This document shows, piece by piece, positions 52,021 through 62,061 of a DNA stretch of 64,000 nucleotides. The stretch comes from Alphaproteobacteria bacterium (GTDB lineage: Bacteria; Pseudomonadota; Alphaproteobacteria; SP197): assembly GCA_964291265.2 (NCBI GenBank), contig OZ219747.1, positions 2,240,001 to 2,304,000 of the forward strand, given 5' to 3'. Within the stretch, counting starts at the first letter, position 1. Each line of letters opens with the position of its first letter. A program made the translations under genes and the position numbers. The notes under the pieces are model-generated. The model was not told where the DNA came from. It did no database searches and saw nothing but the letters and a program-made list of their open reading frames with translations.

Positions 52021-53457
52021 TCAGTCGTAGCGCAGGTCGTGCAAACGCCAGTAGGCCTGGCTCCCCTTCAGACCGTTGTTCTCTTCAATCAGGTTCCACG
52101 GGGTCTTGCCATCCAAAGTCCGAGCCTCATGATCCGCGCCCCGGTCAAGCAACAGCCCGACCACTTCCGGATTGTTGCTATATGCCGCCGCCATGTGAAG
52201 CGGAGTCTGGCCACCCTCGTCGCGCGCTTCTAGGTACGCGCCTCGGTCGAGAAGAGTCCTGATGGAATTCGAGGTACCGTGGCCTGACGCTTCGTGCAAG
52301 GGTGTGAGACCGCCTTCATTGAGGGTGCGGATGTCGGCCCCCGCGTCGACGAGAGCGCCGATGGTTTCGGGTGTTCCGTCTCTTGCTGCGTGGTGGAGGG
52401 GTGTGCAGCCCTCTCCGTCCCTCGCGTTGACTTTTGCCCCCGCGTCTACAAGGATCATAACAGTCTCCGGCGTGCGCAGAGCAGCCCAGTGCATGGGCGT
52501 CCAACCGTATTCGCTAATCGCGTCAGGATCCGCGCCCGCATCGAGCAAGGCCCTGACGGTGTCTGGATTGCCCTGAGCGGAGGGAAGCATGGAGGCAATA
52601 TCATCCATCTCGGCAGGCGTTGCCTTGTGCACAGGCGCCAAGCCGACACTGTAGGTAGCGTGGATATCCGATCCCGAAGCCAGAAGGCCACGGGCGGCCT
52701 CCGGGGAACCAAACATCGTCACGCCGAACGCCACCGCGAAATGCAGGGGCGTGAGGCCTTCTTTTCCCCTCGCGTGGAGGTCGGCTCCGGCGTCAGCGAA
52801 GGCCATGACGATTTCCGGGGTACGCAATGCCGCCCAGTGCAAAAGTGTCCAGCCGTCTTCGTCACTCACGTCGGGATCCGCCCCCGCTCCCAGTAGGGCC
52901 CGGGCGGTTTCGGTGTTTCCGTAAATCACTGCGTAATATAGCGGCGGCAAGCCATTCCCGCCTCTTGCGTTGGGATCCGCTCCCGCGTTCAGAAGGATTT
53001 TGACAGTCTCCGGTGGGATCGGCCCGGCTATGTGCAAAACCGTGTATCCGCCGTGGTGTGTCGCGTTGATGTCGGCTCCCGCGTCCAAGAGGATTCTGAC
53101 GGTCTCCGGTGCGCCTTTCCCGACAGCGAACACCAAGGGTGTTATCCCATCGATCGCAGCATGGATGTCCGCCCCAGCATCCACGAGGGCACTGACGATC
53201 TCGGGTGTGCCAAGTGCTGCCGCGTAGTGTAGGGGCGCAAATCCACCTTCATTGTCATTCCGCGCATTCGGGTCAAAGCCGGCGTCGAGACAACGGGAGA
53301 CATCCTCCAACGTGGCTCGGTCAAAGAAATCAGACGTGTTCCAGTCCAGACAGGGGACCGCCGAGACCGGAGCGGTGCAGACTGACACGGCGCACGCCGC
53401 TGCCAGGATCAGTGCTGCCTTCATGCTTTGGACGGCGAGTTCCTTGGTGGATGTCAT
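52021..53457 (-). CDS. Signal-peptide ankyrin-repeat protein, intact
   Basis: Hydrophobic leader, CLDWNTSDFF cap, roughly 11 divergent TPLH repeats, C-terminal AYWRLHDLRYD shared with the paralog. Confidence 0.92.
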   Translation of the reverse strand: MTSTKELAVQSMKAALILAAACAVSVCTAPVSAVPCLDWNTSDFFDRATLEDVSRCLDAGFDPNARNDNEGGFAPLHYAAALGTPEIVSALVDAGADIHAAIDGITPLVFAVGKGAPETVRILLDAGADINATHHGGYTVLHIAGPIPPETVKILLNAGADPNARGGNGLPPLYYAVIYGNTETARALLGAGADPDVSDEDGWTLLHWAALRTPEIVMAFADAGADLHARGKEGLTPLHFAVAFGVTMFGSPEAARGLLASGSDIHATYSVGLAPVHKATPAEMDDIASMLPSAQGNPDTVRALLDAGADPDAISEYGWTPMHWAALRTPETVMILVDAGAKVNARDGEGCTPLHHAARDGTPETIGALVDAGADIRTLNEGGLTPLHEASGHGTSNSIRTLLDRGAYLEARDEGGQTPLHMAAAYSNNPEVVGLLLDRGADHEARTLDGKTPWNLIEENNGLKGSQAYWRLHDLRYD

Positions 53458-53477
53458 CGGTGCTCCCTATTACTTGG

Positions 53478-54118
53478 GGATTATGTCAAGATCAAGGTAT
53501 CCCGATGTTTCCGCACCATGCTCTATCCCGAAGTTCCAGAGCCGATCAGGCGCAAGTATGTGATATGAATGACATTCGATGGATCTCAGAGGCGTCTGAC
53601 TGGGTACACTACGGCTTGACGCCGAGGAGTTTGAGTGCTCCGCTCTGGAGCGGCGTGGGCCGCGTGGTGACCTGGAAGGGCCCGGCGCCCGCAAGGTGGA
53701 GCGCCACGGTGTTGCGGGTGATGGTGCGCTTTTTGACCTTTCCGACTTCGCGCCGGGGGCTTGCGGAACAGGATGGCGGGAGGAGGGGATCGGCTGAGGA
53801 GGGCTTTGATGTACATGGTTACCGTGCATAGGCGCACCACGGACGCATATCAAACACAAGATGCATTCGCACATGGGTACACTGTGAAGCCTGATGGATC
53901 CGACAAATAGCGCAAAATCAGCGAGTTGTTGTGAAGATCAGCAGGAAGTCATCTGGAACTTCGGTCTAACGCAAAAGCATGGTGCCGGGCCTCAAGCTTC
54001 CTCACCTCCATGGAGGCACTCGGCTACAACCCTCTCGTCGCCATCCAGATCGCCCTAAACGGAAAGGCCGTAGACATCACTACGGCCAACCAGACCCGAA
54101 CAAGGGGTGAACAGTTAC
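53478..54118 (+). pseudogene. IS66 3' remnant with right TIR, interrupted by a mini-IS1634
   Basis: VKIKVSRCFRTM...AWCRASSFLTSMEALGYNP; GGGGTGAACAGTTAC end. Confidence 0.8.
53528..53964 (-). mobile_element. Internally deleted (MITE-like) IS1634-family derivative
   Basis: 13-bp perfect TIR CCGAAGTTCCAGA; retains transposase N-terminal (MYI...SPPPAILFR, GKVKKRT) and C-terminal (TRNTV...TRPTPLQ..ALKLLGV) fragments; imperfect TSD TCTATC/TCTAAC. Confidence 0.7.
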
Positions 54119-54399
54119 CGCTCTCCTCAAGTTTCCGTAGGGTCCGCGTCGTCGTTCGATCCGCTGCACTCGCAAACGAACCTTGCCGCCTGAGCGGCGG
54201 CCGGCGTCGACCCGGTCCATCTGCCACATGCGCCGACAGAACATCGAGTCGCGGAGCATCGATGTCCCGCACCGTCTCGCGGGCTGACATCGCTCCGGCC
54301 TCCCGCCCGGCGAGGACGCAAAGCGCTGTCTCGGACGACCGTTGATGTGCCGGGCGAACTTCGTTTGGATTGAGATCCGAACGCTGCCGCGCGCTGTGC

Positions 54400-54531
54400 T
54401 CGTGGTGTGCGGCCTCCTTTGCGGCCATCTGCATCAGCGCCGCGATCCTGCGCGCCGTCATCGGCGATACCGGAAAGATCGACCGGCGGCCGGTCCGGAA
54501 ACCGGGCGACGCGTGTCAGGTTGACGCCCAT
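54400..54531 (-). pseudogene. Partial duplicate of the HTH antitoxin 3' end
   Basis: MGVNLTRVARFPDRPPVDLSGIADDGA vs MGGNLTLVVRFPDRPPVELSGIADDGA. Confidence 0.7.
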
Positions 54532-54572
54532 CCTCCGCGGCCTGGCGGTCGGTCATACACCGGCTTCGCCTC

Positions 54573-54818
54573 TCATGGCGTGCCGCCCGGGGCGCGGGCC
54601 ATATCGATCGCGATTCCCGCCAGAGCGGCCATCGCGGCGATGATCGCGGCGGCCTGAACCATGAGGGCGCGGTAGAGCGTTGCCGTGACGCGCGAGTCCA
54701 AGGCGCCTAGGTCCGCCTTGGTGGCAAGATCGCCCTCGCCGACGCGGATCGCTTCGGCAACGGCCTCGGCCTGCTTGCGGTTCATGCCTGCGCTGATCTG
54801 CTCGCGGTCGGCGGTCAT
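54573..54818 (-). CDS. Small DUF1640-like coiled-coil/TM protein
   Basis: AGM..KQAEAVA, LATKADL, C-terminal hydrophobic helix. Confidence 0.55.
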   Translation of the reverse strand: MTADREQISAGMNRKQAEAVAEAIRVGEGDLATKADLGALDSRVTATLYRALMVQAAAIIAAMAALAGIAIDMARAPGGTP

Positions 54819-54926
54819 GGATCGTGTTCGATTTCAGCGGCGGGATGGATGCTACCTTCGGCGATTGTGCCGCTCGCCGTCAAGCGACCCGGCCGGGCGT
54901 TTCCGGCCGCCTGACGCGCGGCGTGC

Positions 54927-55283
54927 TCATGGTCCGCGGTCACCCGCGTCAGCGCCCTGATCCGGCGCGCCGTCATCGGCGATGCCGGAAAGCTCGACCG
55001 GCGGCCGGTCCGGAAACCGGACGACGAGCGTCAGGTTGCCGCCCATCGCCTCGACCGTTCGGCGCAGCGTGGACAGCAGCAGGTCGCTGCGCCGCTCCAG
55101 CCGGGAGATGGCGTCCTGGCTGATCCCGAGTTCGCGCGCCACGCTCGCCTGGGTGAGCCGGCGCGCCTTGCGCAGCTCGCGCAAGGTCATCTCCTCGGCC
55201 ATCAGCTCGGCCGCCCGCCGTTCGATCCTCCGGCGGCGTGCGGGCAGCAGGTCCGCCATCACCTCGTCAAGGCTCACGGTCAT
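54927..55283 (-). CDS. XRE/HigA-type HTH antitoxin
   Basis: LRELRKARRLTQASVARELGISQDAISRLERRSDLLLSTL. Confidence 0.85.
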   Translation of the reverse strand: MTVSLDEVMADLLPARRRRIERRAAELMAEEMTLRELRKARRLTQASVARELGISQDAISRLERRSDLLLSTLRRTVEAMGGNLTLVVRFPDRPPVELSGIADDGAPDQGADAGDRGP

Positions 55284-55625
55284 CGCATCCCTCCTTCATC
55301 GGCCAGCCCGGCAAGGTGCCGGTCGAACCAGCCGCAGGCCTTGCGAATGAGCGCGCGATAGAACCGCCGCCCGACTTGTCGCCGGCCACCGGCAGGACGG
55401 CCTGAGCGCCCGGGGTCGAAGGTGACCCGCCATTCCCCGTCCGCTGCGCTGAACCGCATCTCCTTCATGTTTGCTTGGCCGCGAGCCGTGCAGCGTGTCC
55501 ACGTGCGGCCGACCCAGCTGCGGTCCGAACCGTTCCAGCAACCGGCCGACCGCGTCGACCTCATCCTGCACCGGGGAGGCAGCTTGCGACACTCCGGCAC
55601 GAACTCGTCATGGAAAGCCGCCTGC
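55280..55625 (-). pseudogene. RelE/HigB (Gp49-like) toxin, frameshifted
   Basis: LLERFGPQLGRPHVDTLHGS / NMKEMRFSAADGEWRV.FDP / FYRALIRKA in different frames; ATGA overlap with the antitoxin. Confidence 0.8.
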
Positions 55626-55872
55626 CACGTCAGGCCGACGGGATGGCATCACGGAAACATGAAGTCAACGACACATTCTTGTTCCTGAGCGCCGGCGGCG
55701 GTGCGTCTCGGCGCATCGCCTGGCCGTGGCGTGAGCCGTCAAGCGACCCGGACGGGACGAGTTGGGCCTGGTGTTCCATGATCCCGGCCTGTGGCGGCCT
55801 GAAACGCCGGCAGGACGTGAAACCACCCATTCGGCGTGCGTGAAGCGGCCTCAGTGAAGCCGCCGGTGAGGG

Positions 55873-58800
55873 TCATGAAGTCTTGATCCGTTCGCGGATC
55901 CGCTCCAGGCAGGGTTCGAGATCGCGGCTCAACTCCCGCGGGCTGAAGCGCAACACGGTCCAGCCCGCGGACCGGATGTCACGGTCACGCCTTGCATGTT
56001 CGTCCTTGCCGGTGCCGAAGGCCGCGCCGTCGTATTCGATGTCGAGCCGGACGCCGCCGTGTTCGACCGCGAGGCCGAGCCGGTGCGGGCCGACCTCGAC
56101 ATCCTTCCTCACCGCGATCCCCTCTTTGCGCAGGCGGTCGTGAAGCGCGAGCTCCAGGGGGCCGTGGAATCCCGATTCCTCGAGACGACGGGCGTAGAGT
56201 GCCAGCTCACTGAGTGCGTTGTCGTGGGCGAGGCATGCCTCGATGTCTCCGACGATGACGAGGCGCTTTCTCGCACGTGTGAGAGCGACATTGACGAGGT
56301 TGCGATCGGCGGCGAAGCGCACCTCGGGTTCGGCGAGGTGACGGTCGATGACGGGCGAGAAATACATGACGTCCCTCTCGCCGCCCTGGAACCGATGGGC
56401 CGTGGCGACCATCAGCTCCTTGCACTGGTCGATACCGTGGACTTTTCTGAGGAGCTTTCTAATGAGTTTGGCCTGTTCCACGAAAGGTGTGACGACACCG
56501 ACACTGCAGTCGTTGCCTCGGTAGGTCTGAAGGTCGCGTTCGATGACCTCGGTGACATTCTTCGCTTCCACCCGGTTCAGGCGGCTTCGCCCGTTGGATC
56601 CCCTCTCGCTCCTGCCGACGGCGCGAATCCATTCGAAGGGCCGCAAGGTCTCCGGGGGCGTCGCGGCGCTGCACAGTTCGAGATTGCCGGCGTAGAACTG
56701 CTTGCTTGAAAAGCCGATGATCGCGGCGTGCGAGCGGAAGTGCAGATCGAGGAGGATCGGGCCGGCCGGAACGCGGGATCGGGCCAGTTCGAAGCAACTG
56801 GTGTGGATATAGCTGAATTCATCGGCCTGGTCATCCGTCAAACCGTACTTCTTCGCCAGGAGTCGCTCGCGGCGGTCGCCGAGCGATGTGATGTGCACCA
56901 GCTGGTTCCCGTCCCCGACGATGAGGGCGCGCTTGCCGCGAACCAGGACCGGCAGCGCCGAGGCCACATCGCTCTGGGATGCTTCGTCGATGATGACCAG
57001 GTCGAAAAGACCGGGCTCAAGGTTCAGGTTCGCACGTACGGAGAGGTTGGTGACTGCCCACACGGGCAGGGCCGGCAGGCCCTCTGACGACATGCGTCGG
57101 AAGTTGCGGACCAGCTTGAGCGCCTCCTGGCGCGCCCTCGGATTGTCATGACGGACTTCGTTCCATCGCGCCTCCAGCAGCCGGGCGCCGCCATTGCTGC
57201 GCGCGCGGTTGTGTTCGTGCAACTGGTCATCGAACTGGTGCTTCTGCGGCAGTGCGCGAAGGCGGGTATCGATCTCGTCGATTCGGCGGAGATGGCCTGA
57301 AGCGGCCCGCAGGACGCCGACAACCCACTCGACCGGCCGGAAGATGTTCCGGGGCGTCCTGGTGCGCCGCGGCTTTCCGTTGACAGGCGCCAGGCATGCC
57401 TTGATGTCATCGGCGCCGGCGGCGCCGAGAAGGTCGCCGAGGCGGCCCAGCGCCTGGTGGGCACGCGCCAGGCGCTCTCGATGACGACGGCGCCTGGCGA
57501 ACCACCCGAGGCGGGCGCCAAAGGCGTCGAGAGCCCGGCAGGCGTCTGCCAGGGCGGCCTCGAGGCGTGGAAGGTCGACATCTGTGCGGATGCTCGGCGG
57601 CAGTGCTGCAAGAATTGCCTTGCGTCCGGCCTCGAGGTTGGCGCGTTCGGCCTTGAGCTTGGTCCATTCATGCAGTTGCGCGTAAAGTGGACGAAGGGAT
57701 TCCTCGACCCTGGTCCATGCCTCGCGGCCGTCGCCGGCATGAGCGTCCGGGGAGACCGCTTCGAGTGCGTGGACAATGTCGGCGGCAAGCTCGCCTCGCT
57801 TGCTTGCGGTGAGGGCGCGGACGACGATGGAATTGGGCGATTCGCGGCGCAGCCGGTCAACCACGACATCGACAGCGCCGTTGTTCCTTGACGTGATCAG
57901 CACGGTATCGCCGCGAGCCACGGCGGCGGCCACGACATTCACCAGGACCTGGGACTTGCCGGTTCCCGGCGGGCCCGTCACCACCGTGAAGTCGTTCACC
58001 ATCGCCGAATGGATCACCTTTTCCTGGTTCAGGGACGAGTTGACGATGGTGTGATGGAGCTCGAGCGGCGTCGGTGCGGCAGGAGTTGCCTGTCCGAGGA
58101 GGATGGCGGCCGGGCCTTCGGCGAGCCTGTCGGGGTAATTGGCGATCTCTACGAGGTCTGCGACCAGGTTGCGCGTGAAGTGCGCGCGCGTGGACACCGC
58201 CATGACGACACCGGCGTTGTGGATCCCCTCGGTCTCCGGCAGCGTCGAAAGCGCCGCGGGGTCGAGCTCCATAAGGCCATCGATGCCTTGGTCCTCGAGG
58301 GCGGCGAGAAGGGCGTAGGCCCGCGCGGCCGGGGTGACAGCCTCATCGACCTCGACGCTGGTTCCGACCACCCTCGCCACTTCGGCACGGGAGTCCCGGT
58401 CGAGACCGAGAAGGTCGAGCGCGAACGGATTGAGGTCGACGCGCGTGTTCGATATCCGAAGCGTCCAGACCCCGTCCGACGCCTCGACCTCGGCCTCGGC
58501 AACCAGGAGGGGCGAGCGCGCGAGACCTCCCCGACGGGTCTCGGGGTCGATGCCGACGACGAGGGGCCAGCCGACCAGCAGAGGTTCTCCAGGCCCCGTC
58601 GCGCGGGCCTGGAGCCACTGATGGTGTTGCGACGTCTCGGGAAAGACGAGGGTTTCGTGAAGTGGGCTCGGCGTATCGTGGAGCACGATGTGGTCCTCAT
58701 GCCCATGTATGAGACGGAGCTGGAGCGCGGCCTCCGCCTCAACGCACGCGAGATAGAACGACGCGATGGACGAGAGCGGACCGTTGCCGGCGACACTGGT

Positions 58801-59118
58801 CCGGTCGACCCAGGTTTCATCTGCGCGGAGCTCGATTTTGCCGTTGAACTCGTTGATGCGGCCTCTGATCCAGACATGCGCGCCATCGGGCGGCGCGAAG
58901 GAGGGGTCCCACCAAATGACCGGCAGACGTCGGTCGCCGTCCTCCATGATCAGGGTTGCGAGGGCGCGCTCTCTTTCGTCATGGCGCAGCACCTTCCGGC
59001 CGCGGACGGTTCCGGTTATCTCGACCGTCCGGCCCGCAGTCAGTTCCACTCCTGTCACGCGCCTTCTGCCGCCGGACGCGTCGAACCCGGACGAACGGCA
59101 ACGCTCCTGTCTCGCCAC
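55873..59118 (-). CDS. SF1 (DNA2/UPF1-like) helicase with an N-terminal OB-like region and a C-terminal DUF559/Vsr-like nuclease domain (start may be ~59052)
   Basis: GPPGTGKS, IIDEASQ, VGDGNQL, HFRS, GVVTPF, FQGGERD, NVALTRAR; IEYDG...RD..GWTVLRF. Confidence 0.85.
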   Translation of the reverse strand: MARQERCRSSGFDASGGRRRVTGVELTAGRTVEITGTVRGRKVLRHDERERALATLIMEDGDRRLPVIWWDPSFAPPDGAHVWIRGRINEFNGKIELRADETWVDRTSVAGNGPLSSIASFYLACVEAEAALQLRLIHGHEDHIVLHDTPSPLHETLVFPETSQHHQWLQARATGPGEPLLVGWPLVVGIDPETRRGGLARSPLLVAEAEVEASDGVWTLRISNTRVDLNPFALDLLGLDRDSRAEVARVVGTSVEVDEAVTPAARAYALLAALEDQGIDGLMELDPAALSTLPETEGIHNAGVVMAVSTRAHFTRNLVADLVEIANYPDRLAEGPAAILLGQATPAAPTPLELHHTIVNSSLNQEKVIHSAMVNDFTVVTGPPGTGKSQVLVNVVAAAVARGDTVLITSRNNGAVDVVVDRLRRESPNSIVVRALTASKRGELAADIVHALEAVSPDAHAGDGREAWTRVEESLRPLYAQLHEWTKLKAERANLEAGRKAILAALPPSIRTDVDLPRLEAALADACRALDAFGARLGWFARRRRHRERLARAHQALGRLGDLLGAAGADDIKACLAPVNGKPRRTRTPRNIFRPVEWVVGVLRAASGHLRRIDEIDTRLRALPQKHQFDDQLHEHNRARSNGGARLLEARWNEVRHDNPRARQEALKLVRNFRRMSSEGLPALPVWAVTNLSVRANLNLEPGLFDLVIIDEASQSDVASALPVLVRGKRALIVGDGNQLVHITSLGDRRERLLAKKYGLTDDQADEFSYIHTSCFELARSRVPAGPILLDLHFRSHAAIIGFSSKQFYAGNLELCSAATPPETLRPFEWIRAVGRSERGSNGRSRLNRVEAKNVTEVIERDLQTYRGNDCSVGVVTPFVEQAKLIRKLLRKVHGIDQCKELMVATAHRFQGGERDVMYFSPVIDRHLAEPEVRFAADRNLVNVALTRARKRLVIVGDIEACLAHDNALSELALYARRLEESGFHGPLELALHDRLRKEGIAVRKDVEVGPHRLGLAVEHGGVRLDIEYDGAAFGTGKDEHARRDRDIRSAGWTVLRFSPRELSRDLEPCLERIRERIKTS

Positions 59119-59127
59119 CTTGACGGC

Positions 59128-59411
59128 TCAGCCCGCTGCGCGGTGGCGCGCACGACCGCTTCCGGGTCGCTGTCGATCACCGTCAGCAGCACCCGTGCCG
59201 TCCGGTCGGGAACCCGACGGCCCTGTTCGCAATCCTGAATCGCCGGCGCGTCGAGCCCGACGCGTTCGGCACGTCTGCGACGGCTCAGGTTCATGCGCCA
59301 GCGCAGCGCGACGATCCGGCACGGCAACGCCTTCTCGCCGAGCACGTGGGTGAGAACCTCGTCAGGGGCCGCCTCGATTCCACGGCCTATGTCCGTGTAC
59401 TCCGTACCCAT
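59128..59411 (-). pseudogene. Degenerate HTH (YiaG-like) antitoxin/regulator
   Basis: LRWRMNLSR...IQDCEQGRRVPDRTARVLLTVIDSDPEAV. Confidence 0.55.
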
Positions 59412-59482
59412 TCCTGCCTCTCCCTTTCCATGTCGCCGGCCGTGCCGGCGCCTTGCAGCCCTCCGCCGAAGATCGACAACAG

Positions 59483-59677
59483 TCAGGAGGTGAGCTTGAG
59501 GACCGCGATGATCAGGCCGCCGCCGGTCTGCAGACCGACCATGCGCCAGGTCAGGCGGGCCTCCATGGCGGCAGGATCCGTTTTCAGGACAGCGAGATCG
59601 GTCTTCGTGGTCAGGTACTCCTGACGATCAACGCCTGCGGCCTCCAGTCGGTGAACGATTGCCCGGGGGGCAACCAT
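59483..59677 (-). CDS. Small DUF1640-like protein, possibly degenerate
   Basis: LEAAGVDR, TKTDLAVLK, MEARLTWRMVG and a hydrophobic tail. Confidence 0.45.
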   Translation of the reverse strand: MVAPRAIVHRLEAAGVDRQEYLTTKTDLAVLKTDPAAMEARLTWRMVGLQTGGGLIIAVLKLTS

Positions 59678-59699
59678 GGCGTGTTTCCGAAGGCAGGAA

Positions 59700-60005
59700 C
59701 CTGAACACGGTCAGCCGTGCGTCCATGGGACGTGAGTATGCGGCCTCGCCGCACGAGGAGCAACACTGCTGCGTCCATGCCGGAGAACGGAAGATCAGGG
59801 TGGCAATGGTCAGGATCAAGGTGCCTGGATGCTTCCGCACCAGGCGCCACGCAGACGCATGGTGCCGAAGCTCAAGCGGCCGGTTCTCCATGGTGGCACT
59901 CATCTGCAACCCTCCCGTCGCAATCCGGATTGCCCCCGCCGGACAGGTCGCAGCATGATCAAGCTGCACCACGACCAACCAGACCCCAAGAAGGGACGGG
60001 CGGTG
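59700..60005 (+). pseudogene. Heavily degraded IS66 tnpC 3' remnant
   Basis: HAGERKIRVAMVRIKVPGCFRTRRHADAWCRSS. Confidence 0.7.
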
Positions 60006-60150
60006 ACCCGTCGAGTCGGAAGGCCGAGACAGGCTCTTGTCGGGACTGACGGAAAATGTCGGTCTTCGGTGGTTGCAAGCCGGAACATGCGGCCGCAGGA
60101 TGCGGCGTGGCGTACCGCAACGTCCGAGCAACCGAGGCAGGGAGACGACG

Positions 60151-60999
60151 ATGGATCGCGACACGACTGCGAAGGCATCGACGGGCAACTACACCATGGG
60201 CTACAGCCCGGAATTCCTGAAGCTGCTGGAGCGCAGGAATGCAGCCGTGGCTGCCGCGCATCTCCTGCCCCGGCTCGATCACGGCATGCATCTTCTCGAT
60301 GTCGGCTGCGGGCCAGGCACGATTTCGGTCGGCCTGGCGGAGGCGGTGGCCCCGGGAGAGATGCACGGCATCGACATGGAGGAAACCCAGATCGACATGG
60401 CGCGCATGGCGGCACGCGCTGGCGGGCATGAGAACGCGTTCTTCCGGACGGGCGATGCGACCGCCCTTCCTTTCGATGACGCTACATTCGATGTGGTGCA
60501 CTGCCACGCACTGCTCAATCATGCGCCCGGCACCCAGACTGTGCTGGCCGAGGCCAGAAGGGTCCTGAAGCCCGGAGGCCTGATCGCCTCCCGCGAACTG
60601 TTCGGCGACTCCTCGTTCCTCGAGCCCGAACACTATCTCGGCGCTGTTGGAGGGTCCGATGGCGGCGCTTGGGTGACATTCCTGAAACTCCTTGCTGCCA
60701 ACGGTGGCCATCCGCAGATGGGCAAGGAACTGAAGCGTGCGTTTGCCGACGCCGGGTTCGTGGACATCCATGCGACGGCCTCGTTCGAATCCTTTACCTC
60801 GGCCGAGGATCTGGCCTTTCTTCGCGGTCTGGTCAACGGCTGGTTCTTTGCGCCGGAAACCATGGGAGCCGCACTCAAGCTCGGCGTCGCAACGCAGGTT
60901 GCTTTCGACGAGTGGCGTGACGGGCTTGATCGGTGGATGAAGGACCCTGGCGCATTCGCCGCCTTTGCATGGGGCGAGGCGATTGGGTGCAAGCCGTAA
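60151..60999 (+). CDS. Class I SAM-dependent methyltransferase (UbiE-like)
   Basis: LLDVGCGPG, GDATALPFDDATFDVV, RVLKPGG. Confidence 0.9.
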   Translation: MDRDTTAKASTGNYTMGYSPEFLKLLERRNAAVAAAHLLPRLDHGMHLLDVGCGPGTISVGLAEAVAPGEMHGIDMEETQIDMARMAARAGGHENAFFRTGDATALPFDDATFDVVHCHALLNHAPGTQTVLAEARRVLKPGGLIASRELFGDSSFLEPEHYLGAVGGSDGGAWVTFLKLLAANGGHPQMGKELKRAFADAGFVDIHATASFESFTSAEDLAFLRGLVNGWFFAPETMGAALKLGVATQVAFDEWRDGLDRWMKDPGAFAAFAWGEAIGCKP

Positions 61000-61055
61000 G
61001 GGGGGCTTCGGACGACGGTGATGCGGGGCGCGTTCCGAGGCCACCTCCAGGGGCC

Positions 61056-61886
61056 TCACCGAGGGCCGATGATCTCGTTATGCTGTGCGCCCAGACCGTC
61101 GATTTCCAGGTGCAGGCGGTCGCCGGGCTGCAGGTAGACCGGTGGCTGGTGTCCGAAGCCGACGCCTGCCGGCGTTCCGGTCAACATGACGTCGCCGGGC
61201 TTGAGGGACATGAAACGGCTCACGAAGTGTATCAGGTGGGCCACGGGGAAGATCATGTCGGCGGTTGTTCCGTCCTGCATGCGCTTGCCGTTCACGTCGA
61301 GTGTCAAGCGCAGGCTCTGCGGGTTGGCCACCTCGTCAGCGGTGACAAGCCAGGGCCCGAGAGGGCACCAGGTGTCCCCGGACTTGCCGAGGACCCACTG
61401 TCCGCTCCCCTTGGCCTGGAACTTGCGTTCCGAGACATCGTTGGCGATGCAGTATCCGGCGACATGATCGAGCGCTGTGGACTCGGGTACCTCATGACAG
61501 TGCTTGCCGATGACGACGGCCAGCTCTACCTCCCAATCACAATGATGGCTGTCGCGCAGCATGCGGATCGGATCGTCTGGACCGTTCAGTGACGTTGTAG
61601 GCTTGAAGAAGACAATGGGTTCGACGGGCCGCTCGAGTCCCGCCTCGGCGGCATGGTCGGCATAGTTGAGGCCGATGCAGACAATCTTCCCGATGCCGCT
61701 CAGAGGCACACCGAAGCGTACGTCACCCTCCACGGCGGGGAGGGAGTTGCCGTCGATGTCAGACAGCCCGGTCAGCGCCGCCGCATCGACAGCATCAAGG
61801 TGACCGGCGAGGTCCCTGAGCCGACCCTCCCTGTCGATCAATCCCGGCCGCTCCCGACCCGGATCGCCGAAACTCACGAGTTTCAT
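61056..61886 (-). CDS. Fumarylacetoacetate hydrolase family protein
   Basis: KIVCIGLNYADH, DWEVEL, NDVSER, GKS, PGDVMLTGTPAGVG. Confidence 0.92.
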   Translation of the reverse strand: MKLVSFGDPGRERPGLIDREGRLRDLAGHLDAVDAAALTGLSDIDGNSLPAVEGDVRFGVPLSGIGKIVCIGLNYADHAAEAGLERPVEPIVFFKPTTSLNGPDDPIRMLRDSHHCDWEVELAVVIGKHCHEVPESTALDHVAGYCIANDVSERKFQAKGSGQWVLGKSGDTWCPLGPWLVTADEVANPQSLRLTLDVNGKRMQDGTTADMIFPVAHLIHFVSRFMSLKPGDVMLTGTPAGVGFGHQPPVYLQPGDRLHLEIDGLGAQHNEIIGPR

Positions 61887-62061
61887 GGACCTTGCTCCCC
61901 TGTGGAGTTGCGCAGAGAGGATATGATCGAACGACGCTTCAACCAAGACGGTCGTTGGTCAAACCACGCGGATCAAGAAAGCTGGCCGCCACTGGCACCG
62001 CGGGGTGGATCAGGAGTGCGGGCCGGAATAGACCCTGTCGCTCGGAAGGGACGAACACGCC

